64,000 bases of DNA. Origin: an uncultured delta proteobacterium (GTDB lineage: Bacteria; Desulfobacterota; Binatia; UBA9968). Of the stretch, positions 49,606 to 58,704 are shown one piece after another. Made by a program: the position numbers and the translations under genes. The DNA is taken from positions 345,394 through 409,393 of the forward strand of contig CAWJBB010000040.1 in assembly GCA_963840855.1 (NCBI GenBank), read 5' to 3'. How positions within the stretch are numbered: the first letter of the stretch is position 1; each line of letters starts with the position of its first letter. The notes beneath the pieces are model-generated. The model did not search any database, was not told the DNA's origin, and saw nothing but the letters and a program-made list of their open reading frames with translations.

Positions 49606-50622
49606 ATGGTGAGAATAGCAGCCAAAATCGTAATTATCCTGGCAGTTTTGTGCATCGGCCGAGCTGACGCTCAAGAACCCTATTACAAGGGTAAAACGAT
49701 AAAAATACTCGTCGGGTTTTCGGCCGGCGGCGGTTACGATACCTACGCTCGGCTGATCAGTCGTCACATGACAACGCATATACCTGGCAATCCCGCGATC
49801 GTGGTCGAAAATATGGCCGGAGCGGGAAGTTTGATTTCAGCCAATCACGTTTACAAAATAGCCAAGCCCGATGGTCTCACTATTGGTCATTTCATCGGCG
49901 GCCTATTTATCCAACAGCTTCTGGGGAAACCGGGGATCGAGTTCGACGCGCGGAAATTCCACTATATCGGCGTACCTGCCCAGGACACTTACGTTACAGG
50001 ATTATCCAGGGCAAGCGGCATAACAAGCATGCAGCAATGGCTAGAAGCCAAGACGCAAATAAAATTCGGCGGCATTGCGCCGGGCACGGCCACGTCCGAC
50101 ATTCCGCGAATTCTCATTGCTGCAATCGGCCTCCCCGCGCAAGTAGTCGACGGGTATAAGGGAACGGCCGACGTCCGCCTCGCCTTCAATAGCGGTGAGA
50201 TCGTTGCCGTTAACAATTCTTGGGAGTCCCTCAAGTCGACCTGGCGTAAAGAATTCGAATCGGGGGATTTTATCATTGTCGCCCAGCATCTCGGCAAACG
50301 GCATCCGGACCTCCCTAACATCCCCTTAGACGTGGAGTTTGCCAAGACGCCGGAGGCAAGGAAGATTTTAGAGGTTGGGGCTCACAGCTTAGGTCCCACG
50401 GCCCGTCCCTTCGCACTGCCTCCCGGCACGCCCAAGGATAGAGTGCAGATGCTGCGCAAAGCTTATACCGACACGATGAAAGACGGGGCGTTTCTAGCCG
50501 AGGCGAAGAAGGCCAATCTAGATATCAATCCTACCGACGGCGCGGAGCTGGAGAAAAACGTTTTGGAGATTTTTAATCTGGAGGCGCCGCTGATTGCCAG
50601 ACTCAAGGAAATTCTTAAGTAA
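49606..50622 (+). CDS. Tripartite tricarboxylate transporter (TctC/Bug) substrate-binding protein
   Basis: GFSAGGGYD, VENMAGAG, AKPDGLT, PPGTPKDRV; GGAGG RBS. Confidence 0.9.
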   Translation: MVRIAAKIVIILAVLCIGRADAQEPYYKGKTIKILVGFSAGGGYDTYARLISRHMTTHIPGNPAIVVENMAGAGSLISANHVYKIAKPDGLTIGHFIGGLFIQQLLGKPGIEFDARKFHYIGVPAQDTYVTGLSRASGITSMQQWLEAKTQIKFGGIAPGTATSDIPRILIAAIGLPAQVVDGYKGTADVRLAFNSGEIVAVNNSWESLKSTWRKEFESGDFIIVAQHLGKRHPDLPNIPLDVEFAKTPEARKILEVGAHSLGPTARPFALPPGTPKDRVQMLRKAYTDTMKDGAFLAEAKKANLDINPTDGAELEKNVLEIFNLEAPLIARLKEILK

Positions 50623-50728
50623 GCGCGGGCATTTTCAAAATTCTCGCGTCCGATGTCACCCGGATGACGTGATGCCATCGAAAATTTTTTAGCAAGCGAA
50701 TTTGTAACGTGTACGGAGCAGACCGCGC

Positions 50729-52186
50729 ATGCCAATTATCACGGCCGATCTAGTCCTCAAAAACGGCTTGGTCGTAACCCCCGCGGGCACCATCGAAGGC
50801 GGCGTCGCCGTCAAAGACGGCAAGATCACGGCGGTTGGCAACGATTCGTCGTTGCCGGCAGCGACGCGAGAGTTTGATCTTGCCGGCAAGTATCTTCTCC
50901 CCGGAGTGATCGATCCGGAAGTGCACCTTGGAGGCCACCGGCCGCTGGCCGATGATTTCCTGAGCGAAACTAGAGCGGCGGCGGCTTCCGGAGTTACGAC
51001 TTGGGGTATGCAACTGGTCAGCCTGGCGATTACGGGAGGGGCGGAAAAGGTCAAAGGCCCGGCGGACATTCCAAGTTTTACCCATGCGATGCCTTTTTTC
51101 TACGAAGCCTCTCGAACAGCAGCGATAGATTTTTTTCTGTCGCCGATCCTGGGCACTGAGGAGCATGTCGAAGAAATGCCTTACTTGGCAGCGGAACATG
51201 GCATCACCTCGTTCAAGCTGCATTTACAGATGCAGGGCGTTTGGAAACAGGAGTGGCCCGCCTATTCGTTCGACGATGGGATGATTTTCTCCGTGTTCGA
51301 AACCGTAGCCAAATTCGGCCCGCCGGCGATTGCGCTGCTGCACTGCGAGAATTGGCAGATCGCCCGCGTACTGCAAAAACGTCTCATGGATGCTGGCCGC
51401 ACGGATATGGGCGCGTGGGACGACCGATCTCCATGGTTCACCGAAGCCGGTCACGCCAGGACATACCTTTACTATGCCAGGATCGTTGGCTGTCCGATTT
51501 ACGTCGTCCACGTGACAACCAGGGAAACCATAGCGGAAATTGAAAGAGCCAAAGCCGAAGGTTTAGTGGTCTATAGCGAAATCGGCGCCCACTACCTTGT
51601 GCTGCATAAGGATGCGTGGAAAATTAACGTCCCGCTGCGCGATCGCTCGACCCACGCGGCGCTCTGGCAAGCGCTCGCATCAGGCGCTATCGATTGCATC
51701 GGCAGCGATCACGTGGCTCACACGAGAACCCGCGAGGCCATGGAAACCGGCAACGTCTGGACCACCGTTAGCGGATTTCCCTCCCGGGTCGAAGGGATGC
51801 TTCCCATGCTGCTCAGCGAAGGGGTCAACAAGGGGCGGCTCTCCATGGAGCGTCTCGCCCAGGTGGCCAGCGAAAATCCTGCCCGGATCTTTGGACTCTA
51901 TCCGAAAAAGGGGGCGATCTTGCCGGGGGCCGACGCAGACTTCGTCGTGGTCGATTTGAAACGGCGGGTCAAAATCACGCGAGATGTTCTTCATACCATA
52001 ACGCCGTGGAGCATATATGAAGGTTGGGAAGTCACCGGCTGGCCGGTCATGACGATCGTCCGCGGCAATATCGTGATGGAATGGCCCGAGGGAGAGCCCC
52101 GCGCCTGGGTCACGGACGCAGCCGTGGGTCAGTATCAACGACGGCAACTGTCCGCTGGTGTAGTGTTTCACAAGAACCTTCGCTAG
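50729..52186 (+). CDS. Cyclic amidohydrolase (dihydroorotase/allantoinase/hydantoinase family)
   Basis: LPGVIDPEVH, SFK, HCEN, IGSDH, NPARIFGLYPKKG. Confidence 0.88.
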   Translation: MPIITADLVLKNGLVVTPAGTIEGGVAVKDGKITAVGNDSSLPAATREFDLAGKYLLPGVIDPEVHLGGHRPLADDFLSETRAAAASGVTTWGMQLVSLAITGGAEKVKGPADIPSFTHAMPFFYEASRTAAIDFFLSPILGTEEHVEEMPYLAAEHGITSFKLHLQMQGVWKQEWPAYSFDDGMIFSVFETVAKFGPPAIALLHCENWQIARVLQKRLMDAGRTDMGAWDDRSPWFTEAGHARTYLYYARIVGCPIYVVHVTTRETIAEIERAKAEGLVVYSEIGAHYLVLHKDAWKINVPLRDRSTHAALWQALASGAIDCIGSDHVAHTRTREAMETGNVWTTVSGFPSRVEGMLPMLLSEGVNKGRLSMERLAQVASENPARIFGLYPKKGAILPGADADFVVVDLKRRVKITRDVLHTITPWSIYEGWEVTGWPVMTIVRGNIVMEWPEGEPRAWVTDAAVGQYQRRQLSAGVVFHKNLR

Positions 52187-52290
52187 CCGTTCGTGGTGAG
52201 CGTGTCGAACCACAAAGTAAAGTGCTGCTATCGCGGCGAGAGTTTTTCTTTGATCTCGTCCGCGGGCGTCTCAAGTGCTACAATTCCAGC

Positions 52291-53874
52291 GTGAACTTTT
52301 CCGATTTTGCCGCGCTTTGCTACGAGCTCGAAAAAACCTCAGGCCGCCTAGCGAAAGTCGCAGCGGCGGCGGAGTATTTAAAGCGGCTAACACCTGACGA
52401 GATCCGCCACGGGGTTGCATTCTTGTCGGCCCGGCCGTTTCCGCTCTCGGATCCTCGCACCCTCGATATCGGCCACGCTGCCTTCCTTGAGGCCGCTCAT
52501 CACCCCCCAACTACCGTTCCCGGCTTGGCTCCATTGACGCTCAAACACGTGGCTGACGGCTTCGGGCAAATCGCCGAAGCGAGCGGTAAAGGCTCGCGGC
52601 GAGAGAAATTTACGCGTCTCAAAGAGTTGGTCGAAAGGGCAAGCGAGAGGGACCGACCGATCCTGTTCCGGTTGCTCCACGGCGAGTTGCGCATCGGCTT
52701 GCACGACGGCCTGATTCTGGAAGCAATTGCTCGCGCCTCCGGTGCGAATCTGACGACGGTCAGACGGGCCGCGCTTTTTTTATCGGACCTCGCCGAAGTG
52801 GCCGCCGTCGCAATTGGCGAAAGCACCGACGCGCTCGAAAGTGTAGGCATCAAATTGTTCGTGCCGTTGCTGCCAATGCTATCCGAGCTGTCCGAGGATT
52901 TTGACGCGATCTTTCGAGCCCATGGCGCCGCCACGGCATTGGAGTTCAAGTATGACGGCGCGCGCGTGCAAATTCACAAACACGGCGAACAGGTTCGCAT
53001 CTGGAGCCGGCGCCTGTCCGAAGTAACGGCTAGCCTGCCGGAAATCTCAGAGATCGCTCGTAGAGAGCTCCACGGCGATTCTTTCATTCTCGACGCCGAG
53101 GTGGTGGCGGTAGGCAAGAACGGCAGGCCGTTACCATTTCAAGAACTCATGCGCCGCTTCAAACGGGTTCACGGCATCGCATCGGCGGCAAGCGAAATTC
53201 CCCTCTCTCTTCATTTGTTCGATTGCCTTTTGTTCGATGGGGTTTCGCTCATCGACGAACCCTATGAACGGCGCTGGTCGAAGCTCGCCGAGTTAAGCGG
53301 CGGCAAACACCTTGCCGCGCGAAGAATCACTGCCGATCGTGCGGCCGCAGAGGCCTTCTTGACCGAAGCCCTCGCTGCCGGCCATGAAGGAGTTATGGCC
53401 AAGGCACTGTCCAGCCCTTATATGCCCGGCAATCGCGGCAAGCTCTGGTTCAAAGTCAAACCGGCGGAAACCGTCGATTGCGCGATCGTCGCCGCCGACC
53501 GCGGCTCCGGGCGACGCCGCGGTTGGCTCTCAAACTACCATCTCGCCGTGGCAAACGGCGACGGACAATTCGCTCCAGTCGGCAAGACCTTCAAGGGGTT
53601 GACCGATGCGGAATTCACAGAGATGACCGCCAGGCTAAAAGGCCTCCAGACCACCGATGATGGCTACACGGTGACGGTCAGCCCCGAGGTTGTGGTGGAG
53701 GTCGCCTACAATGAAATCCAACGTAGCCCGCGGTATAGTTCGGGATTTGCTCTGCGCTTTGCCCGGATCAAGAGAATTCGCGAGGACAAAGCGATCTCGC
53801 AGATCACAACCCTGTCCGAGTTGCAGTCGCTTTATGACAGGCAATTCGTTACGAAAAGCCGCCTCGGGAGCTAG
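52291..53874 (+). CDS. ATP-dependent DNA ligase (LigB/archaeal type)
   Basis: EFKYDGARVQIH, EGVMAK, W.KVK, ALRFARI...R.DK. Confidence 0.93.
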   Translation: MNFSDFAALCYELEKTSGRLAKVAAAAEYLKRLTPDEIRHGVAFLSARPFPLSDPRTLDIGHAAFLEAAHHPPTTVPGLAPLTLKHVADGFGQIAEASGKGSRREKFTRLKELVERASERDRPILFRLLHGELRIGLHDGLILEAIARASGANLTTVRRAALFLSDLAEVAAVAIGESTDALESVGIKLFVPLLPMLSELSEDFDAIFRAHGAATALEFKYDGARVQIHKHGEQVRIWSRRLSEVTASLPEISEIARRELHGDSFILDAEVVAVGKNGRPLPFQELMRRFKRVHGIASAASEIPLSLHLFDCLLFDGVSLIDEPYERRWSKLAELSGGKHLAARRITADRAAAEAFLTEALAAGHEGVMAKALSSPYMPGNRGKLWFKVKPAETVDCAIVAADRGSGRRRGWLSNYHLAVANGDGQFAPVGKTFKGLTDAEFTEMTARLKGLQTTDDGYTVTVSPEVVVEVAYNEIQRSPRYSSGFALRFARIKRIREDKAISQITTLSELQSLYDRQFVTKSRLGS

Positions 53875-53954
53875 CTTGCGAATCCTTTTCTAAGCTCTTT
53901 TGGAAATTTCCACCCGTGCGAATCCTTTTCTTGAAACCCCCACTACCATAGTGT

Positions 53955-54749
53955 ATGTCTAAAAACGCGAACGCCATGGAATACGAGAATGTCATCGTTG
54001 AAAAAGACGGCGCCATCGCCGTCGTCAGGTTGAACCGACCGCAAGCGCTGAATGCGCTTTCTTACGGTCTCGTGAAGGACCTGTCGTTGACGATGCAGGC
54101 ACTCGATGAGGATGACGAAGTTCGCGTCATGATCGTCACCGGGGGTGAGAAGGTTTTCGCCGCCGGTGCGGATATCAAAGAATTGGCCACCCTGGGCCCC
54201 TTCGACCCTCCCGTTCTCCAACGGCTGGCCTACCGCGACCGGATAAACGAAGTCTCCAAGCCGGTCATCGCCGCCGTCAGCGGCTTCGCCCTCGGCGGCG
54301 GCTGCGAGCTAGCCATGAGCTGCGACATCATCATCGCCTCCGAGAGCGCACGCTTCGGCCAACCGGAAGTGAATCTGGGCATTATTCCAGGCAGCGGCGG
54401 CACCCAACGATTGACCCATCTGCTCGGCAAGCACCGCGCGATGGAGTTGATCTTGACCGGAGATTTCTTGAGCGCCGTAGACGCCGAACGCCTTGGCCTG
54501 GTCAACCGCGTCGTGCCGGTGGAGCTGCTACTCGAGGAAGCCAAAAACGTCGCCAGAAAAATCGCCGCCAAACCCGTGCTGGCGATCCGGGCGGCGAAGC
54601 AAGCCGTGCTCAAGGCGGCCAATGCGCCACTCGACGAGGGCCTCGACTTCGAGCGCAAGTCTTTCCATCTATTGTTGTCATCGGAAGACCGCAAGGAGGC
54701 CATGAGGGCCTTCTTGGAAAAACGCGAACCGGCACTCAAGGGGCGGTAA
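53955..54749 (+). CDS. paaF: Enoyl-CoA hydratase, PaaF-like
   Basis: FAAGADI, GGGCELA, FGQPE, GGTQRL. Confidence 0.8.
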   Translation: MSKNANAMEYENVIVEKDGAIAVVRLNRPQALNALSYGLVKDLSLTMQALDEDDEVRVMIVTGGEKVFAAGADIKELATLGPFDPPVLQRLAYRDRINEVSKPVIAAVSGFALGGGCELAMSCDIIIASESARFGQPEVNLGIIPGSGGTQRLTHLLGKHRAMELILTGDFLSAVDAERLGLVNRVVPVELLLEEAKNVARKIAAKPVLAIRAAKQAVLKAANAPLDEGLDFERKSFHLLLSSEDRKEAMRAFLEKREPALKGR

Positions 54750-54761
54750 GGAAGCGGCGCC

Positions 54762-55541
54762 GTGAGCTACGAAACCATTATCTACGAGAAAGCAGGCGGC
54801 CTCGCGACGCTTACCCTCAACCGGCCGCAGTCGCTCAACGCCTTCGTGCCGCAGATGAACCAGGAAGTGCTCCATGCCTTGAAAGACGGTGAGCGCGACC
54901 AGGAGGTCCGCTGCCTAATGATCACCGGCGCGGGGCGCGCTTTCTGCGCCGGACAGGATCTTAAAGGCCGTACGCCGGAGCAGAAAGGCTCCCTTGCCGC
55001 GTCGCTCCGTGAAAAGTACAATCCGATGATCCGCCAGATTCGCCAGATGGAAAAAATCGTCATCGCGGCGGTGAATGGCGTGGCCGCCGGCGCCGGTTGT
55101 AACTTTGCGCTGGCGTGCGATCTGCGCGTTGCTTCGGAGGAAGCGAAATTCATCCAATCGTTCGTGCGCGTCGGTCTGGCGCCAGACTCCGGCGGTAGTT
55201 TCATACTTCCGCGGTTGGTAGGTTTGAGCAAGGCGATGGAGTTGCTGCTGCTCGGAGATTCTCTAGATGCGCATGAAGCGCTGCGCATCGGGCTTGTCGC
55301 GCGGGTTTTTTCCGGAGCTGATTTTGTCAGATCGGCCAAAGAGATCGGCGAGCGAGTGGCCAAAGCACCACGCGGTATCGGTCTAATCAAGCGCGCTGTC
55401 AACCACGCGAATCTGCCCGATCTGGAATCGGATCTCGAATACGAAGCCTATTTGCAAGAGATCGCCGGTAGAAGTTCGGACTACGACGAAGGCGTGCGCG
55501 CGTTTTTGGAGAAGCGGACGCCGGTGTTTACCGGGAAATGA
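54762..55541 (+). CDS. paaG: Enoyl-CoA isomerase, PaaG-like
   Basis: GRAFCAGQDL, YNPMI, GVAAGAG, PDSGG. Confidence 0.8.
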   Translation: MSYETIIYEKAGGLATLTLNRPQSLNAFVPQMNQEVLHALKDGERDQEVRCLMITGAGRAFCAGQDLKGRTPEQKGSLAASLREKYNPMIRQIRQMEKIVIAAVNGVAAGAGCNFALACDLRVASEEAKFIQSFVRVGLAPDSGGSFILPRLVGLSKAMELLLLGDSLDAHEALRIGLVARVFSGADFVRSAKEIGERVAKAPRGIGLIKRAVNHANLPDLESDLEYEAYLQEIAGRSSDYDEGVRAFLEKRTPVFTGK

Positions 55542-55543
55542 TT

Positions 55544-55606
55544 GTCTAGCGTTCAGAGTCCAGCGTTTTGGGTTTCAACTCTAGACCGCGAGACTCTGGA
55601 CTCGAG
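55544..55606. repeat. 7-nt-period hairpin inside the operon
   Basis: gtctagc-gttcaga-gtccagc ... ctctaga-ccgcgag-actctgg-actcgag. Confidence 0.6.
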
Positions 55607-55618
55607 ATTGGATTTATC

Positions 55619-56485
55619 GTGGCCAACGAAACAGAAAAAATCGGCGTCATCGGCGCCGGGACCATGGGCGCCGGCATCGCGCAGGTGGCCGCGCAGACCG
55701 GCTTCGAAACGCTGATCTATGACATCAATCAGGAGTTTATCGAGGCAGGCCTCGGCCGCGTCGCAAATTTTTTGCGTGGCAGCCGCGAACGCGGCAAAAT
55801 CTCCGCGGAAGAAGAGCACGCTGTCTTAAACCGCTTGCGCGGCACCACCAAGCTAGCAGACTTTAACGATTCCAGCCTGGTTGTCGAAGCGGCGCCGGAA
55901 AAACTGGAACTCAAGCGCGATATCTTCAAGCAGCTCGATGCGATCTGTGGTTTCGAGACGCTCTTGGCGACCAACACCTCCTCGTTCTCCGTGACCGCCA
56001 TCGCCGCGAGCACGCAACATCCCGAACGCGTTCTCGGCCTGCATTACTTCAATCCGCCGCCGCTGATGCCCTTGGTGGAAGTCATCGAGGGCGACCGAAC
56101 CGCGCCCGAAACGATCGCGAAGGCAACCGAGCTGATGCGCCGCATGGGCAAAACCCCGGCCCGTGTTAAGGATACGCCCGGCTTTATCGTTAATCGCATC
56201 GCCCGACCTTTTTACAATGAAGGGTTGCGCATCCTTGGCGACGGCGGAGCGGATGTCGGAACCATCGACCGCGTCATGAAAGAGGCGGGAAATTTTCGCA
56301 TGGGCCCCTTCGAGTTAATGGACTTGATCGGCAACGACGTCAACTTCGCCGCCACTGAATCGCTTTACCGCTCGTTCTTCGAAGACCCGCGCTTTCGCCC
56401 CAGCCCGATCCAGCAAAAGATGGTCCTAGGCGGCAATCTCGGGCGCAAAACCGGCAGGGGCTTTTACGTTTATGGTGGAAAATAG
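55619..56485 (+). CDS. paaH: 3-hydroxyacyl-CoA dehydrogenase (PaaH N-module)
   Basis: [36 protein letters not shown]. Confidence 0.85.
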   Translation: MANETEKIGVIGAGTMGAGIAQVAAQTGFETLIYDINQEFIEAGLGRVANFLRGSRERGKISAEEEHAVLNRLRGTTKLADFNDSSLVVEAAPEKLELKRDIFKQLDAICGFETLLATNTSSFSVTAIAASTQHPERVLGLHYFNPPPLMPLVEVIEGDRTAPETIAKATELMRRMGKTPARVKDTPGFIVNRIARPFYNEGLRILGDGGADVGTIDRVMKEAGNFRMGPFELMDLIGNDVNFAATESLYRSFFEDPRFRPSPIQQKMVLGGNLGRKTGRGFYVYGGK

Positions 56486-57215
56486 CGTCGCCATCATCGG
56501 TGAAAACCGACTTGCTATTGAGTTTGCTGCTCTCTGCAAAGAGAAGGGGCTAGGTGTCTCATTATTGGCGCGGCCCAACGATCTCGCGCCGACCACGTCA
56601 TTGGTCATTGAAACTTTCGCTCAGGATGCAGAGCACAAGAAGGGCATCCTGAGAAAACTGGATGATTTTCTTTCGCCGGCATCGGTGCTCGTGGCTTCAT
56701 GCTTGGGTTCCGCCGTGACTCATCTGGCGGCACAGCTAAGAAGGCCGGAGCGCGTTATAGGTTTTGCGACGTTTTACCCGCTCAAGGAACGCAAAGTCAT
56801 CGAGCTGGCCGCCGGCATGCGCAGTGCGGAAAGCGCCGCGCAAAAAGCCGAAGAGTTTTTTAATTTCCTGGGCAAGAAAACGGTACGGGTCAAAGACGCG
56901 GCGGGCCTGACGTTTCCGCGCATCCTGAGTTTGATCGTCAACGAAGCGGCCCGGGCGCTGGAAGAAGGGGTGGCCAGCGCCGAAGAGATCGACGTCGCCA
57001 TGCGCCTGGGGGTGAATTATCCACAAGGCCCGCTCAGGTGGGCGGACCAAATCGGCCTGGACGAAGTCTTGGCCGTCCTTGAAGGATTACAGAGGGAAAC
57101 CGGCGAAGACCGCTACCGTCCGGCGCCGTCATTGAGGAAGCTCGTGACCGCTGGTTTTCTCGGTGAAACTACTGGTCGAGGGTTTTACTCGTACACGGAA
57201 GGTCAGGTGAAATAA
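56472..57215 (+). CDS. 3-hydroxyacyl-CoA dehydrogenase-like protein (degenerate second module)
   Basis: NEAA..L..GVAS..EID.AM.LG.NYP.GP; degenerate Rossmann motif. Confidence 0.8.
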   Translation: MVENSVAIIGENRLAIEFAALCKEKGLGVSLLARPNDLAPTTSLVIETFAQDAEHKKGILRKLDDFLSPASVLVASCLGSAVTHLAAQLRRPERVIGFATFYPLKERKVIELAAGMRSAESAAQKAEEFFNFLGKKTVRVKDAAGLTFPRILSLIVNEAARALEEGVASAEEIDVAMRLGVNYPQGPLRWADQIGLDEVLAVLEGLQRETGEDRYRPAPSLRKLVTAGFLGETTGRGFYSYTEGQVK

Positions 57216-58417
57216 TGAAAGAAGCCGTTATCGTTGAAGCCGTGCGCACGCCCATGGGCCGCCACGGCGGCATTCTGAAAGACGTCCGCACCGACGATCT
57301 AGCCGCTTACATCATCGCCAAGATGGTCGAAAAAACCGGCATCGCTAAGGAAGAAATCGAAGATGTCTACTTCGGCTGCACCAATCAGGCGGGCGAAGAT
57401 TCGCGTAACGTCGCGCGCAACGCCTCGTTGCTGGCCGGCCTGCCCTATACGATTCCCGGCGCCACGTTGAATCGTCTATGCGGCTCGGGCATGGAAGCGA
57501 TCAATCAAGCGGCTCACTCGATCGCCACAGATAACGGCGAGGTTTATGTTGCCGGCGGCGTCGAAAGCATGACCCGTGGGCCCTGGGTAATGGGCAAACC
57601 GGCCAACGCCTTTCAGCGCGGCGATGTACAGCTGTATGACAGTTCGCTAGGGTGGCGTTTTCCCAACAAGCGCATGGGCGAGCTGTACTCGCTGATTAAC
57701 AACGGCGAGACCGCTGAAAACGTCGCCGAGAAATACAACGTCAGCCGCGCGGACCAAGACGCGCTGGCGCTGGCCAGCCATCGAAATGCCGTGAAGGCGC
57801 AGCAGGAAGGCCGCCTGAAGGACGAAATCGTACCCTTTGAGATGGCCCAGCGAAAAGGCGCGCCCCTCGTCCTTGACAAGGACGAGGGGCCGAGAACGGA
57901 TACGACATTGGAGATCCTCGCGGGGTTGCAACCCGCGTTCAAGAAAGGCGGCACGGTGACCGCTGGAAATTCGTCACCGCTTTCCGACGGCGCCGCAGCA
58001 TTGCTGATCACAACGCCGCAAAAAGCGGAGCAATTGAGACTCAAACCCTTGGCGCGTATCGTGGCGTCGGCCGCCGCCGGTGTCCATCCAAACTACATGG
58101 GAATCGGCCCGATACCGGCGGCGCAAAAAGCGCTCAAACGTGCCGGCCTCACCATCGAGCAGATCGACCTCGTGGAAATCAACGAAGCCTTTGCTTCCCA
58201 GGTGCTCGCGTGCGCGCGCGAGTTAGGCATCAATCTCAACAAGCTCAACGTCAACGGCGGCGCCATCGCCCTCGGCCACCCGCTCGGCTGCAGCGGCGCC
58301 CGAATCGTGACGACGCTTATTCACGAAATGAAAAAACGCGGCAGCCGCTTCGGCCTCGCCACCATGTGCATCGGTGTCGGCCAAGGCATCGCCACGGTCG
58401 TCGAACGGATGAATTAG
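57215..58417 (+). CDS. paaJ: 3-oxoadipyl-CoA thiolase, PaaJ/PcaF-like
   Basis: NQAGED.RNVAR, NRLCGSG, NEAFA, GHPLG, CIGVGQG. Confidence 0.85.
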   Translation: MKEAVIVEAVRTPMGRHGGILKDVRTDDLAAYIIAKMVEKTGIAKEEIEDVYFGCTNQAGEDSRNVARNASLLAGLPYTIPGATLNRLCGSGMEAINQAAHSIATDNGEVYVAGGVESMTRGPWVMGKPANAFQRGDVQLYDSSLGWRFPNKRMGELYSLINNGETAENVAEKYNVSRADQDALALASHRNAVKAQQEGRLKDEIVPFEMAQRKGAPLVLDKDEGPRTDTTLEILAGLQPAFKKGGTVTAGNSSPLSDGAAALLITTPQKAEQLRLKPLARIVASAAAGVHPNYMGIGPIPAAQKALKRAGLTIEQIDLVEINEAFASQVLACARELGINLNKLNVNGGAIALGHPLGCSGARIVTTLIHEMKKRGSRFGLATMCIGVGQGIATVVERMN

Positions 58418-58526
58418 CGACGATCCGGGCAGGGCGCGTGCTATACTCTCTTCATGGGTTCCTGCCGAAATTGAGCCAGAAGAGAGAAAATATTCACCAC
58501 GAAGGCACGCCTTCCGCTCGGGTATG

Positions 58527-58624
58527 TTCCAAACGTTAAAATCGTTCAATACGTTCAAGTCGTTCAACCAACCCATTTTGCTCGGACAGCTTGAACGATT
58601 TGAACGGCTTGAACTACTTGAACC
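58527..58624. repeat. 9-nt-period inverted repeat (CGTTCAA/TTGAAC)
   Basis: cgttaaaat-cgttcaata-cgttcaagt-cgttcaa ... ttgaacgat-ttgaacggc-ttgaactac-ttgaac. Confidence 0.7.
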
Positions 58625-58704
58625 ATCTGCGTGCATCATTCTTTGTGCCGTTAAATCTCTTCTCTTTGGTTCGGCTCTGGCGAGTTAGGTCTCGATAAGG
58701 CGCT

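Noticed and set aside
52024-52290. N-terminal extension of the ligase ORF (likewise 22911-23063, 35227-35370, 4752-4871)
   Set aside because: Overlaps neighbouring genes or REPs; family similarity starts at the downstream start codons
56460-56490. paaH split as a sequencing frameshift
   Set aside because: The second ORF has its own ATG and a degenerate Rossmann start, and lies in an otherwise error-free region; kept as two genes, though not certain
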